Made by a program: the position numbers and the translations under genes. Shown here piece by piece: positions 55,974-64,000 of a DNA stretch of 64,000 bases. The notes under the pieces are model-generated. The model was not told the DNA's origin and did no database searches. It worked only from the letters and a program-made list of their open reading frames with translations. Source of the DNA: Candidatus Eiseniibacteriota bacterium. Lineage in GTDB: Bacteria > Eisenbacteria > RBG-16-71-46. Positions within the stretch are counted from its first letter, which is position 1, and each line of letters opens with the position of its first letter. Location: positions 1 to 64,000 of the forward strand of contig JBGAOA010000001.1 of NCBI GenBank assembly GCA_044222065.1. Direction: 5' to 3'.

Positions 55974-56297
55974 CTACATGCGGGCGTCGAAGCGCGCCTC
56001 GCCGAGCACGACGTCGGCGAACGCGCAGTAGATGCGGACCGCCGTGATGCCCTTCGCGTACGACGGCAGCGCGATCGAACGGTTCACGCGGTCGCCCGCG
56101 ACCTTGAGGCGCTGGAGCAGGTACGCGTTGCCCATGCCGTCCACGACCTGCCAGTGCGGATCGGGCGCGTCGGGAATCGTGACGTCGTTGCTGAGCGTGA
56201 GCACCTGGGTCGAGCCGTCCATCGACAGCGTGACGTTGCCCGTGCGGACTTCGGGACCCATGAAGGTCGAGCTCATCTTGCTGGCCATCGTCTGCAT
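55974..56297 (-). CDS. Small DM13-like protein
   Basis: MQTMASKMS...LTLSND...PDAPDPHW...VRIYCAFADVVLGEARF; GGAG RBS. Confidence 0.6.
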   Translation of the reverse strand: MQTMASKMSSTFMGPEVRTGNVTLSMDGSTQVLTLSNDVTIPDAPDPHWQVVDGMGNAYLLQRLKVAGDRVNRSIALPSYAKGITAVRIYCAFADVVLGEARFDARM

Positions 56298-56377
56298 GTG
56301 CGTTCTCCGGGTTCGTGGTGGTGGTGTTCGCGGGACGCCCGATCGAATGCGCCGGCGCGCCCGAGGGTTCCCTGGAT

Positions 56378-58012
56378 TCAGCGCTTCGCCATCGCGTCGA
56401 ACGTCGCGCCCGGGACGAGCATCCGGAGGCGGTAGAGTCCGGTGCGCGCGGTGAAGTACAGCGAGCGTCCGTCGGCGCCGCCCCACGCCATGTTCGCGGG
56501 CAGTTCCGGTCCGCCGATCTTCCCGAGCGCCTTGCCGGACGGGGACACGACCCACACGCCGCCGGGTCCCGAGCAATAGACGTTGCCGCGCGCGTCCACC
56601 TTCAGGCCGTCGAGCGCCTCGTCGCCCGCCGCGGACGTGAGGTCGAAGAACACGCGGCCGTTCGCGAGCGAGCCGTCGCGCTGCACGTCGTAGCGGCGGA
56701 TCACCTTCGCGCGCTCGTCCCAGTTCGCGACGTAGAGCGTCTTCTCGTCGGGCGAGAACGCGAGACCGTTCGGACCGCGGAAGTCCTTCGACACGACGCG
56801 CAGCACGCCGTCCTTCAGGCAGAACACGCCGCTGAAGTCGAGTTCGCGCGCCGGGTCGTCGTGCGCCTTCGGCAGGCCGAACGGCGGATCGGTGAAGTAC
56901 AGCGCGCCGTCCGAGCGGTAGACGAGGTCGTTCGGGCTGTTGAGCCGCTTCCCCTCGTAACGGTCGGCCAGCACGGTCACGCTGCCGTCCCTCTCGATCC
57001 GGGTCACGCGGCGGTTGCCGTGCTCGCACAGCGTGAGGCGGCCCTGCGAATCGAACGCGAGGCCGTTCGAGCCCGGCTGGTGCAGCCGCCCGACGTCGGC
57101 GCCGTCGTACCCGCTCTTCGAGCGGAACACGTCCACGGCGCCGTCCGCACCGTAGCGGTAGACGACGTTCGTGTTCGGGTCGCTGAAGAGCAGCGCGCCG
57201 TCGGGCGACCACACGGGACCTTCGGCGAACTGGAAACCGTCGGCGAGCTTCTCGAGCCGGGCGTCCCGCGCGAGCAGCGCGTCGAACGCCGGGTCGAGGC
57301 GTTCGATCACCGGCGACGTGCCCGCGAGCGCGAGCGCCTGCGGACGCGGCCGGTAGACGTCGAGCGTTGCGCCGCGAATCCAGATGTAATTGGACGGCGA
57401 AGCCGAGATCGGACCGTTGATGCCGAAGATCGCGATCGTGATGCGCTGGCCGGGTCGCACGCCGCGTCCGACGACCACGCGGTTCGGCGCGTTCCAGCCC
57501 GCGACGACGCTGCCGCCCGTCTGGCCGAGCGCGCGCGCGAGCGCGCCGTCCACCCACACCTCGGCGTAGTCGTCCACCGTGGTCTCGAGCACGAGCGTCG
57601 CGCCCGTGGGATCGAGGCCGCCCACGCGGTCGGGCACGGTGAGCGTGAAGCGATACCAGTTGAAGCACAGCTTCCCGGTCGAACGGCGTGCGGCGAGAGT
57701 CGTGGGGTCGAGCACCGGCCACGACGAATCGTCGAAGCCGGCGTCCCCGGCGTGCGGCGCGAAGTCGTACGTGCGGTTCGGCGGGCCGGACGGCTTGAGG
57801 TCGTGCCCCACGGCGCGGAAGTCCACTTCGGCGATCCGCGTGTCGCTGTAGCGCCAGGCGCCCTGGACGGCGGCGACGCCCTCGCGCGTCGCGAGGTCGA
57901 GCCGGGCGTCGGGCGTGCCCGACGGCACGGGCTCGGCGCCGGCGTTCGCGGCGAAGGCGAGCAGGGCGGCCGCGGCGAGCGCGGCCTGCGGAAGACGGAA
58001 CGCGCGCGTCAC
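56378..58012 (-). CDS. SMP-30/gluconolactonase family protein with an N-terminal sugar-binding-like domain
   Basis: Signal peptide; WYRFTLTVP...VDDYAEVWVDG; FAEGPVW, GSNGL, LNSPND, FTDPPFG, PNGLAFSPD, DGLKVD. Confidence 0.88.
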   Translation of the reverse strand: MTRAFRLPQAALAAAALLAFAANAGAEPVPSGTPDARLDLATREGVAAVQGAWRYSDTRIAEVDFRAVGHDLKPSGPPNRTYDFAPHAGDAGFDDSSWPVLDPTTLAARRSTGKLCFNWYRFTLTVPDRVGGLDPTGATLVLETTVDDYAEVWVDGALARALGQTGGSVVAGWNAPNRVVVGRGVRPGQRITIAIFGINGPISASPSNYIWIRGATLDVYRPRPQALALAGTSPVIERLDPAFDALLARDARLEKLADGFQFAEGPVWSPDGALLFSDPNTNVVYRYGADGAVDVFRSKSGYDGADVGRLHQPGSNGLAFDSQGRLTLCEHGNRRVTRIERDGSVTVLADRYEGKRLNSPNDLVYRSDGALYFTDPPFGLPKAHDDPARELDFSGVFCLKDGVLRVVSKDFRGPNGLAFSPDEKTLYVANWDERAKVIRRYDVQRDGSLANGRVFFDLTSAAGDEALDGLKVDARGNVYCSGPGGVWVVSPSGKALGKIGGPELPANMAWGGADGRSLYFTARTGLYRLRMLVPGATFDAMAKR

Positions 58013-58524
58013 GGCTTCACCTCCGATCGCACTTTGATCGTGTAGTAGAGCACCGGCGGCGCGACGTCCTTGAACCAGTGCGGCGTGCCGGCGGGGACGA
58101 CGATCACGTCGCCCTTCGCGAGCACGCGCGTCTCGCCGCCCTCGATCGCTTCGCCGCGGATCTCGTCCGCCGCCGTGTTCTTCGGCGCGCGCACGACGCC
58201 GCCCGTGACGAACGTCGCCGAGCCCTCGAGCACGTAGATGAGATCGGTGTCGCGCGTGTGCACCTCGGCGAGTCCCGGAGCGGTGCGGCGGCTCGTGTGG
58301 ATCATGTACGGGGCGTCGGACTCGGCGTAGAGCACGGCGCCCTCGGCGAACGACTTCGCCACGTTCTCGGCGCGCCAGTAGCGCACCGGCCTCGTCGCCG
58401 GCGGATCGTCGGCGCCGTAGGTCCCGGCGAGCGCGAGCGGGGCGGCGAGACCGAACGCGAGAGCGAACGGCAGGGCGCGCACGACGGCGCGCCGGGCGGA
58501 GACGATTGCGGTGAATGCGTTCAT
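58009..58524 (-). CDS. Exported cupin domain protein
   Basis: EVHTRDTDLIYVLEG...GDVIVVPAGTPHWF. Confidence 0.85.
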   Translation of the reverse strand: MNAFTAIVSARRAVVRALPFALAFGLAAPLALAGTYGADDPPATRPVRYWRAENVAKSFAEGAVLYAESDAPYMIHTSRRTAPGLAEVHTRDTDLIYVLEGSATFVTGGVVRAPKNTAADEIRGEAIEGGETRVLAKGDVIVVPAGTPHWFKDVAPPVLYYTIKVRSEVKP

Positions 58525-58547
58525 GGATCCTCCCTCGCTCGCGGCGC

Positions 58548-59048
58548 TCAGCGCGCGGCCGCGAGACGCTCCCAGTTGGCGACCGCACCGCGCGCGATCT
58601 CTTCGTCCTGCTGCGCGCTCGCGGCGCCGCTCACGCCGATCGCGCCGACCACGACGCCGCCGACGGTCACGGGCACGCCGCCCTGGAGCGGCGTCATCAC
58701 GTCCACGCCGAGCAGCGCGAGACGGCCGCCCTTGATCGCGTCTTCGAACGCCATCGTCGGGCGGCGGAACGTCGCGGCCGTGCGCGCCTTCTCGATCGCG
58801 ACGGTGGCCGCCGCGGGGAACGTGTGGTCGAGGCGCTCGAGGTAGAGCAGGTGGCCGCCGTCGTCCACGATCGCGAGCGCGCCGCCCGGGGCGCCGAGGC
58901 GCCGTGCTTCGTCGGCCGCCGCGCTCGCGACGCGCTTCGCGCCCTCGAGCGTGAGCGCGGGACGCGACTCGGTGGCGTCGGCCGCGTGGGCCGACCGCAG
59001 GGGCGCGGCGAGCAACGCCGCGGCGAACGCGATGCGAAGGAGCGTCAT
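58548..59048 (-). CDS. GlcG/HbpS family heme-binding protein
   Basis: AIVDDGGHL, KARTA, GGVPV, GAIGVSG, QDEEIA; signal peptide. Confidence 0.9.
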   Translation of the reverse strand: MTLLRIAFAAALLAAPLRSAHAADATESRPALTLEGAKRVASAAADEARRLGAPGGALAIVDDGGHLLYLERLDHTFPAAATVAIEKARTAATFRRPTMAFEDAIKGGRLALLGVDVMTPLQGGVPVTVGGVVVGAIGVSGAASAQQDEEIARGAVANWERLAAAR

Positions 59049-59181
59049 GATGGAGCCTCCGGTGGAGCGGCGCGACGCGCGGTCGGGCCGGATCGTCAGC
59101 GTGCGGCGCGGGCGGGTCCCGCGCGTCCGCCCGCTTCAATCGCGCGCGCGGCGCGGAAGTTCCCGCGCACCGCGCGACGGC

Positions 59182-60525
59182 TCACAGCTCGTTGCGCCGG
59201 ATGATCTCCGCGAGCTTCTTCGCGCTCTCGCGCGGCGTGCGTCCCTGCGTCGCGTAGTCCACTTCGATCAGCCCGAAGCGACCGCCGAACCCGTCCGCCC
59301 ACTCGTAGTTGTCGAGCAGCGACCAGTGCAGGTAGCCCGCGATCGGAACGCCCTCGTCGAGCGCGCGCGCGACCTGCCACAGGTGCAGGAACAGGAACGT
59401 CCAGCGGTCGTCGTCGCGCGAGGTCGGCAGGCCGTTCTCGGTGATGAGGATCGGCCGCCCGTAGCGCGCGTAGGCTTTGAGGAAGTGCGCGAGGCCCTCG
59501 GGGTAGATCTCCCAGCCGAGTTCGTTGCGCTTGCCGATCCGGCCGTGGTGCTCGCGGGTACAGAGGTTGCCGACGAGCCCCGGCAGCGAGAAGCCCGTGT
59601 TCTGCACGAAGTCGCGCGTGTAGTAGTTGAGCCCGATGAAGTCGAGCGTGTGCGCCTGCGGCAGCCGTTCCCACAGCAGGCCCGGCACGCGCAGCGCGCC
59701 GGTGTGGAGCGCGTCCAGGAACAGGTGGTTGAAGAGGTACTGGCGCACGCGCACCGACAGCCGGTCGAGCACGCTCTTCGGATTGCACGGCGAGAGCGCG
59801 AGCGCGTGCTTCGCCACGCTCACGAGCGCATCCGGGCGGCGCGCGTGGATCGCGTGGTAGGCGCGCACGTGCGAACGCAGCAGCGTGCGCACGACGCGGA
59901 TCGCGCCGGCGAAGTCCTGCGTGCGGCCGGGCGGCCACTGGCCGAGCACCCAGCCCTTGAACGCCTGCACGACGGGCTCGTTCAGCGTGAGCCACCAGCG
60001 CACGCGGTCGCCGTACTCGGCGACGACGCGCGCGGCGAAACGCTCGAAGCGGTCCTCGAACTCGGGCGCCTCGAGGCCGCCGCGAGCCGCGAGCCACTGC
60101 GGGATCGTGTAGTGGAAGATCGTGACGACCGGCTCGATGCCGCGCGCACGCAGCGCGTCGATCACGTCGCCGTAGTGCCGCAGGCCCTCGGCGCTGAAGG
60201 TGCCGTCCTCGGGCTCGATGCGGCTCCACTCGAGCGAGAAGCGATGGGCGTTGTGGCCGAGCGAGCGCGCGAGGTCGAAGTCCTCGCGGAAGCGGCGGAA
60301 GTGGTCGGCCGCGAGGCCCGACGGCTCCTTCACGCGGCCCGACTGCTCCCACGCCCACCAGTCGTTGTTCGTGTTCCGCCCCTCGACCTGGTGCGCGGAC
60401 GTCGCCGCGCCCCACAGGAATCCGTCGGGGAAGCGGAAGTTCGCCGAGTGGATGCCCGGACCTTCCGCGGCGTCGTGGGCGTCGTCGCCGTGCGGAGTCA
60501 CGCCGGGCATCGCGGGGGCGCTCAC
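59182..60525 (-). CDS. Glycoside hydrolase family 1 (beta-glucosidase)
   Basis: FLWGAATSAHQVEG, RFSLEWSRI, TLNEP, NYY, ITENG, WSLLDNYEW. Confidence 0.93.
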   Translation of the reverse strand: MSAPAMPGVTPHGDDAHDAAEGPGIHSANFRFPDGFLWGAATSAHQVEGRNTNNDWWAWEQSGRVKEPSGLAADHFRRFREDFDLARSLGHNAHRFSLEWSRIEPEDGTFSAEGLRHYGDVIDALRARGIEPVVTIFHYTIPQWLAARGGLEAPEFEDRFERFAARVVAEYGDRVRWWLTLNEPVVQAFKGWVLGQWPPGRTQDFAGAIRVVRTLLRSHVRAYHAIHARRPDALVSVAKHALALSPCNPKSVLDRLSVRVRQYLFNHLFLDALHTGALRVPGLLWERLPQAHTLDFIGLNYYTRDFVQNTGFSLPGLVGNLCTREHHGRIGKRNELGWEIYPEGLAHFLKAYARYGRPILITENGLPTSRDDDRWTFLFLHLWQVARALDEGVPIAGYLHWSLLDNYEWADGFGGRFGLIEVDYATQGRTPRESAKKLAEIIRRNEL

Positions 60526-61814
60526 GACGCGACCTCGAGCGCGGGCTCGGCGTCCGCGTGGAACTGGACGATGTCCTTCGTGAACGCGAGGTCGAGCGTC
60601 CAGTCGAGCATCACGCGCAGCTTCTTCTCGAGACGCGGCAGCTTCGCGAGGTACACCGTGCGCCACAGCCACCACGCGAAGAAGCCCGACACGTTGCGGC
60701 CGAGGATGCGCGCGACGCCCGTGCGGCGGCCGAGTGCGGCGAGCTGGCCGAGGCCGCCGAAGCGGAACGGCCGTGGCGACTCCCCGCGCAGCACCGCGAC
60801 GAGGTTGCGGCCGAGCCGCGCGCCCTCGCGCAGCGCGTGCTGCGCCGTCGGCGGATGGAGCCCGCCCGTTCGCACGTCGGGCACCTCGGCCGTATCCCCG
60901 AGCGCCCAGACGCCGGGCCAGCCGGGAACGGCGAGCGTCGGTTCGACCGGGATGCGCCCGCGCGCCGACACGAACGGCAGCCCGCGCACGATCGGGTGCG
61001 GCTCGGTGCCGGCCGTCCACACGAGCGTGCCGGCCTCGATCCGTGTGCCGTCCGACAGCGCGACGACGCCGTCGAGGAACGATGCGACGCGCACGCCCGT
61101 GCGGATCTCGACGCCGCGCGAGGCGAGCTTCGCGCCGGCGTAGCCGCCGAGCTCGGGGCCGAGTTCCGGGAGCACGCGCTCGCCCGAGTGCACGAGCACG
61201 ACGCGCAGTTCGGACTCGGCGAGGCCCGGGTAGTAGCGCAGCGATTCGCGCAGGAAGTCGTTCACGCCGGCGATCGTCTCGACGCCCGCGAATCCGCCGC
61301 CCGCGACGACGCAGGTGAGCAGCCGCGCGCGCAGCGCCGGATCGTCCTCGGCGTCGGCCTGCTCGAGGCGGCCGATGAGGCGGTTGCGCAGGTGGATCGC
61401 GTCCGGGAGCGTCTTCATGCCGAGCGCGTGCTCGGCGAGTCCCGGGACGCCCGCGAAGCGCGTCGTCGAACCGAGCGCGATCACGAGATGGTCGTAGGGC
61501 AGTTCGTGGGTGTGGAGGTTCTCGCCGTGCGCGATGCGGACGACGCGGCGCTCGAGGTCGACGCGCTCGACGTCGCCCTTGAAGAAGCGCACGCGGCGGA
61601 GCAGCTTGCGGATCGGATTCACGATGTGCGTCACGTCCAGCTCGCCGGCCGCGACCTCGTGCAGCATCGGGGTGAAGAGGAAGAAGTTCTCGCGGTCCAC
61701 GAGCGTGACCTCGGCGAGCGGCTCGCGGGCGAGCGCGCGCTCGAGTTCGAGCGCGCAGTAGAGGCCGCCGAATCCGGCGCCGAGGACGACGATGCGCGGC
61801 TTCGTGCCGGCCAT
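60522..61814 (-). CDS. ndh: Type II NADH:quinone oxidoreductase-like FAD-dependent oxidoreductase
   Basis: GAGFGG, FTPML, YDHLVIALG, GGGFAGVE, WTAG, ALGD, PPTAQHA, AWWLWRTVYL. Confidence 0.85.
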   Translation of the reverse strand: MAGTKPRIVVLGAGFGGLYCALELERALAREPLAEVTLVDRENFFLFTPMLHEVAAGELDVTHIVNPIRKLLRRVRFFKGDVERVDLERRVVRIAHGENLHTHELPYDHLVIALGSTTRFAGVPGLAEHALGMKTLPDAIHLRNRLIGRLEQADAEDDPALRARLLTCVVAGGGFAGVETIAGVNDFLRESLRYYPGLAESELRVVLVHSGERVLPELGPELGGYAGAKLASRGVEIRTGVRVASFLDGVVALSDGTRIEAGTLVWTAGTEPHPIVRGLPFVSARGRIPVEPTLAVPGWPGVWALGDTAEVPDVRTGGLHPPTAQHALREGARLGRNLVAVLRGESPRPFRFGGLGQLAALGRRTGVARILGRNVSGFFAWWLWRTVYLAKLPRLEKKLRVMLDWTLDLAFTKDIVQFHADAEPALEVAS

Positions 61815-61930
61815 TCGAGCTCCCGCGAACGGTGGGGCGCGCGCCTCGCGCCCGGACGGCGCGGGTCCGCCCCGCGCGACCCTCCGAATGCACGCGCGCG
61901 CCGGCGGGTTCCCGGGCGGCGGGAAGGAGG

Positions 61931-63064
61931 TCAGCCGCGCGCGGCGGCGGCCGTGCGCTCGCCCGCGCGCGACCACAGCGACTCGCGCAGTTCGGCGAGT
62001 CCGAGCCCGCGGCGGGCCGAGACCGTGAAGCAGCCGGGGTAGCGCACCCGCAGCCCCGCGAGCGTCTCGTCGTCCAGCAGGTCGCACTTGTTGAAGACGA
62101 GCACGGTCGGGCGCGGCGTCTCGAGCAGGTCCTCGAGCACGCCGTCCACCGCCTCGATCTGGCGGTTGCGGTCGGGATCGGCGGCGTCCACGACGTGCAA
62201 CAGCAGGTCGGCTTCGATCGCCTCGACGAGCGTGCTGTGGAAGGACGCGACGAGGTGGTGGGGGAGCTTGCGGATGAACCCGACCGTGTCGGTCAGCAGC
62301 GCGACGCGCCGTTCGGGGCTCACCATCTGGCGCGTCGTGGCGTCGAGCGTCGCGAACAGCCGGTCCTCGACGAACACCTGCGCGCGCGTGAGCGCGTTGA
62401 ACAACGTGCTCTTGCCGGCGTTCGTGTAGCCGACGAGCGCGGCGCGGAACTCGCGGCGGCGCCGGCGGCGCTGCGTCTCGCGCTCGCGCTCGACCGCGCG
62501 CAGGTCGTCCTTCAGGCGCGCGATCCGCTCGCGCACGAGGCGGCGGTCGGTCTCGAGCTGGGTCTCGCCCGGTCCGCGCGTGCCGATGCCGCCCGCCTGC
62601 CGTTCGAGGTGCTTCCACATGCCGGTGAGGCGCGGCAGCGTGTACTCGAGCTGCGCGAGCTCGACCTGGAGCCGCGACTCCCGCGTGCGGGCGCGGCGCG
62701 CGAAGATGTCGAGGATCAGCTCGGAGCGGTCCACGACCTTCCGGGCGAGCGCCTTCTCGAGGTTGCGGACCTGCGGCGGCGACAGGTCGTCGTTGAAGAT
62801 CACGACCTCGGCGTCGTGCGATTCGGCCGCGTCCTTCACTTCGCCGATCTTGCCCTTGCCGATGAAGTGCGCGGGATGGATGTCGCCCCGCCGCTGCACG
62901 ACGGTCGCCGCGACGCGCGCCCCGGCCGTGTCGGCGAGGCGTGCGAGCTCCTCGAGCGAACGCTCGAGGTCGTCGCCGTCGCGCTCGGCGTGGCCGACGA
63001 GCACGCAGCGCTCGGTGCGCGGAGGCGGGACGACGTCGTGCAGGGGGCGGTGACGGGCGCTCAT
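61931..63064 (-). CDS. hflX: Ribosome-splitting GTPase HflX
   Basis: LILDIF, GTRGPGETQLE, GYTNAGKS, LFATLD, DTVGFI, NKCD. Confidence 0.95.
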   Translation of the reverse strand: MSARHRPLHDVVPPPRTERCVLVGHAERDGDDLERSLEELARLADTAGARVAATVVQRRGDIHPAHFIGKGKIGEVKDAAESHDAEVVIFNDDLSPPQVRNLEKALARKVVDRSELILDIFARRARTRESRLQVELAQLEYTLPRLTGMWKHLERQAGGIGTRGPGETQLETDRRLVRERIARLKDDLRAVERERETQRRRRRREFRAALVGYTNAGKSTLFNALTRAQVFVEDRLFATLDATTRQMVSPERRVALLTDTVGFIRKLPHHLVASFHSTLVEAIEADLLLHVVDAADPDRNRQIEAVDGVLEDLLETPRPTVLVFNKCDLLDDETLAGLRVRYPGCFTVSARRGLGLAELRESLWSRAGERTAAAARG

Positions 63065-64000
63065 CCGCGCGGAACGACCTCCATTTCGACGGGGAACTCG
63101 GTCAGGTTCTCGAACGTGCCGTCGGCGCGCGCGACCACGAGATCCTCGATGCGCACGCCGATGCCGCGCTCGGGATAGTACAGCCCGGGCTCGATCGTGA
63201 TCGCGTGACCGGGCGCGATCGTGGCGGTGTTCGAGGGCGGGCCGCCGAGGCTCGGCGCCTCGTGCACCGCGAGCCCGACGCCGTGACCGAGGCCGTGCAC
63301 GTAGCCCTCCTCGGTGCCCGGGTGCGAGAGCGGCGTCCGGTGCCCGCGCGACTCGAACAGCGCACAGGTCTTCTCCTGGTACGAGCGGCAGCGCTCGCCG
63401 AGCGCGAGCGTGTCCATCGCCTGCCGGAAGGCATCGTGCACGTCGGCGTACGTGCGGCGCAGCTCGTCGCTCGCGGGGCCGACGCAGAACGTGCGCGTCA
63501 TGTCGCTGAAGTAGCCGCCGCCCGCCTCGCCGGGGAACAGATCCACGATGATCGGCGCGCCCGGGCGCACGACGTCGTCGTCGTTGCCGCGGTTGTGCGG
63601 CACGCCGGCGTCGCGGCCCTGCGCGATGATGCCGTCGCCCGACTCGGCGAGCCCGTGCGCGAGGAACGTCTCGCGCACGATCTGGCGCAGCCGTCCGAGC
63701 GTCACGAGGCCGCCGCCGTGGACGACCTTGTCGCCCGAGATGCGCGAGTGTTCGAGGTACTCCTTCACGTGGCGCATCGCGTCCACGGTGCCGAGCGACG
63801 CCTTGCGCATGCGTGCGATCTCGTCGGCGTCCTTCGTCGCGCGCGCCTGCTGCAGCAGGTCGGGCGTGGCGTCGTCGATCTCGAGCTCGGGCAGCTCGCG
63901 GCGCGCGCGCGCGATCATCTCCCACGCGCGGCCCGCGTCCATCTCGCCGTGGAGCGCGATGCGCCCGCGCATTCCGAGCAGCGCGCAGGTCTCGCCGATC
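63061..64000 (-). CDS. M24 family Xaa-Pro aminopeptidase (5' end outside the window)
   Basis: PH, DLFP...YFSDMTRT, HGLGHGVGLAVHE, TIEPGLY, GVRIED; frame stays open to the window edge. Confidence 0.88.
   Translation of the reverse strand, partial: IGETCALLGMRGRIALHGEMDAGRAWEMIARARRELPELEIDDATPDLLQQARATKDADEIARMRKASLGTVDAMRHVKEYLEHSRISGDKVVHGGGLVTLGRLRQIVRETFLAHGLAESGDGIIAQGRDAGVPHNRGNDDDVVRPGAPIIVDLFPGEAGGGYFSDMTRTFCVGPASDELRRTYADVHDAFRQAMDTLALGERCRSYQEKTCALFESRGHRTPLSHPGTEEGYVHGLGHGVGLAVHEAPSLGGPPSNTATIAPGHAITIEPGLYYPERGIGVRIEDLVVARADGTFENLTEFPVEMEVVPRG

Overview
This 64 kb window is very GC-rich bacterial chromosome with about 50 genes. I found no rRNA, tRNA, CRISPR array or transposase. 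Several secreted proteins ending in FlgD-Ig/T9SS-like C-terminal domains, plus the futalosine menaquinone genes, suggest an FCB-related lineage such as Ca. Eisenbacteria (inference only). The centrepiece is a locus of about 13 kb (37.2-50.5 kb) that looks like a cytochrome-nanowire / extracellular electron transfer system. It has a divergent ccmF heme lyase and a sigma54 promoter, followed by an NHL beta-propeller, an OmcS-like hexaheme cytochrome that keeps the N-terminal F-H-x6-CxxCH-x2-H signature, a roughly 10-heme cytochrome, a beta-barrel, two CsgG-like lipoproteins, a small exported protein and a 42-heme cytochrome. The rest of the window holds dispersed mqnE/A/C/D, a BtpA-PfkB-psuG operon, recQ, treZ, hflX, ndh, peptidases and four GT-C-like membrane proteins. 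Non-coding signals include two copies of an ERIC/MITE-like palindromic element, a shared ECF-like promoter motif and a recurring GCTANNNT -10 motif. I chose start codons by eye from RBS, gene overlap and family N-termini. All family assignments come from motif recognition, not database searches.
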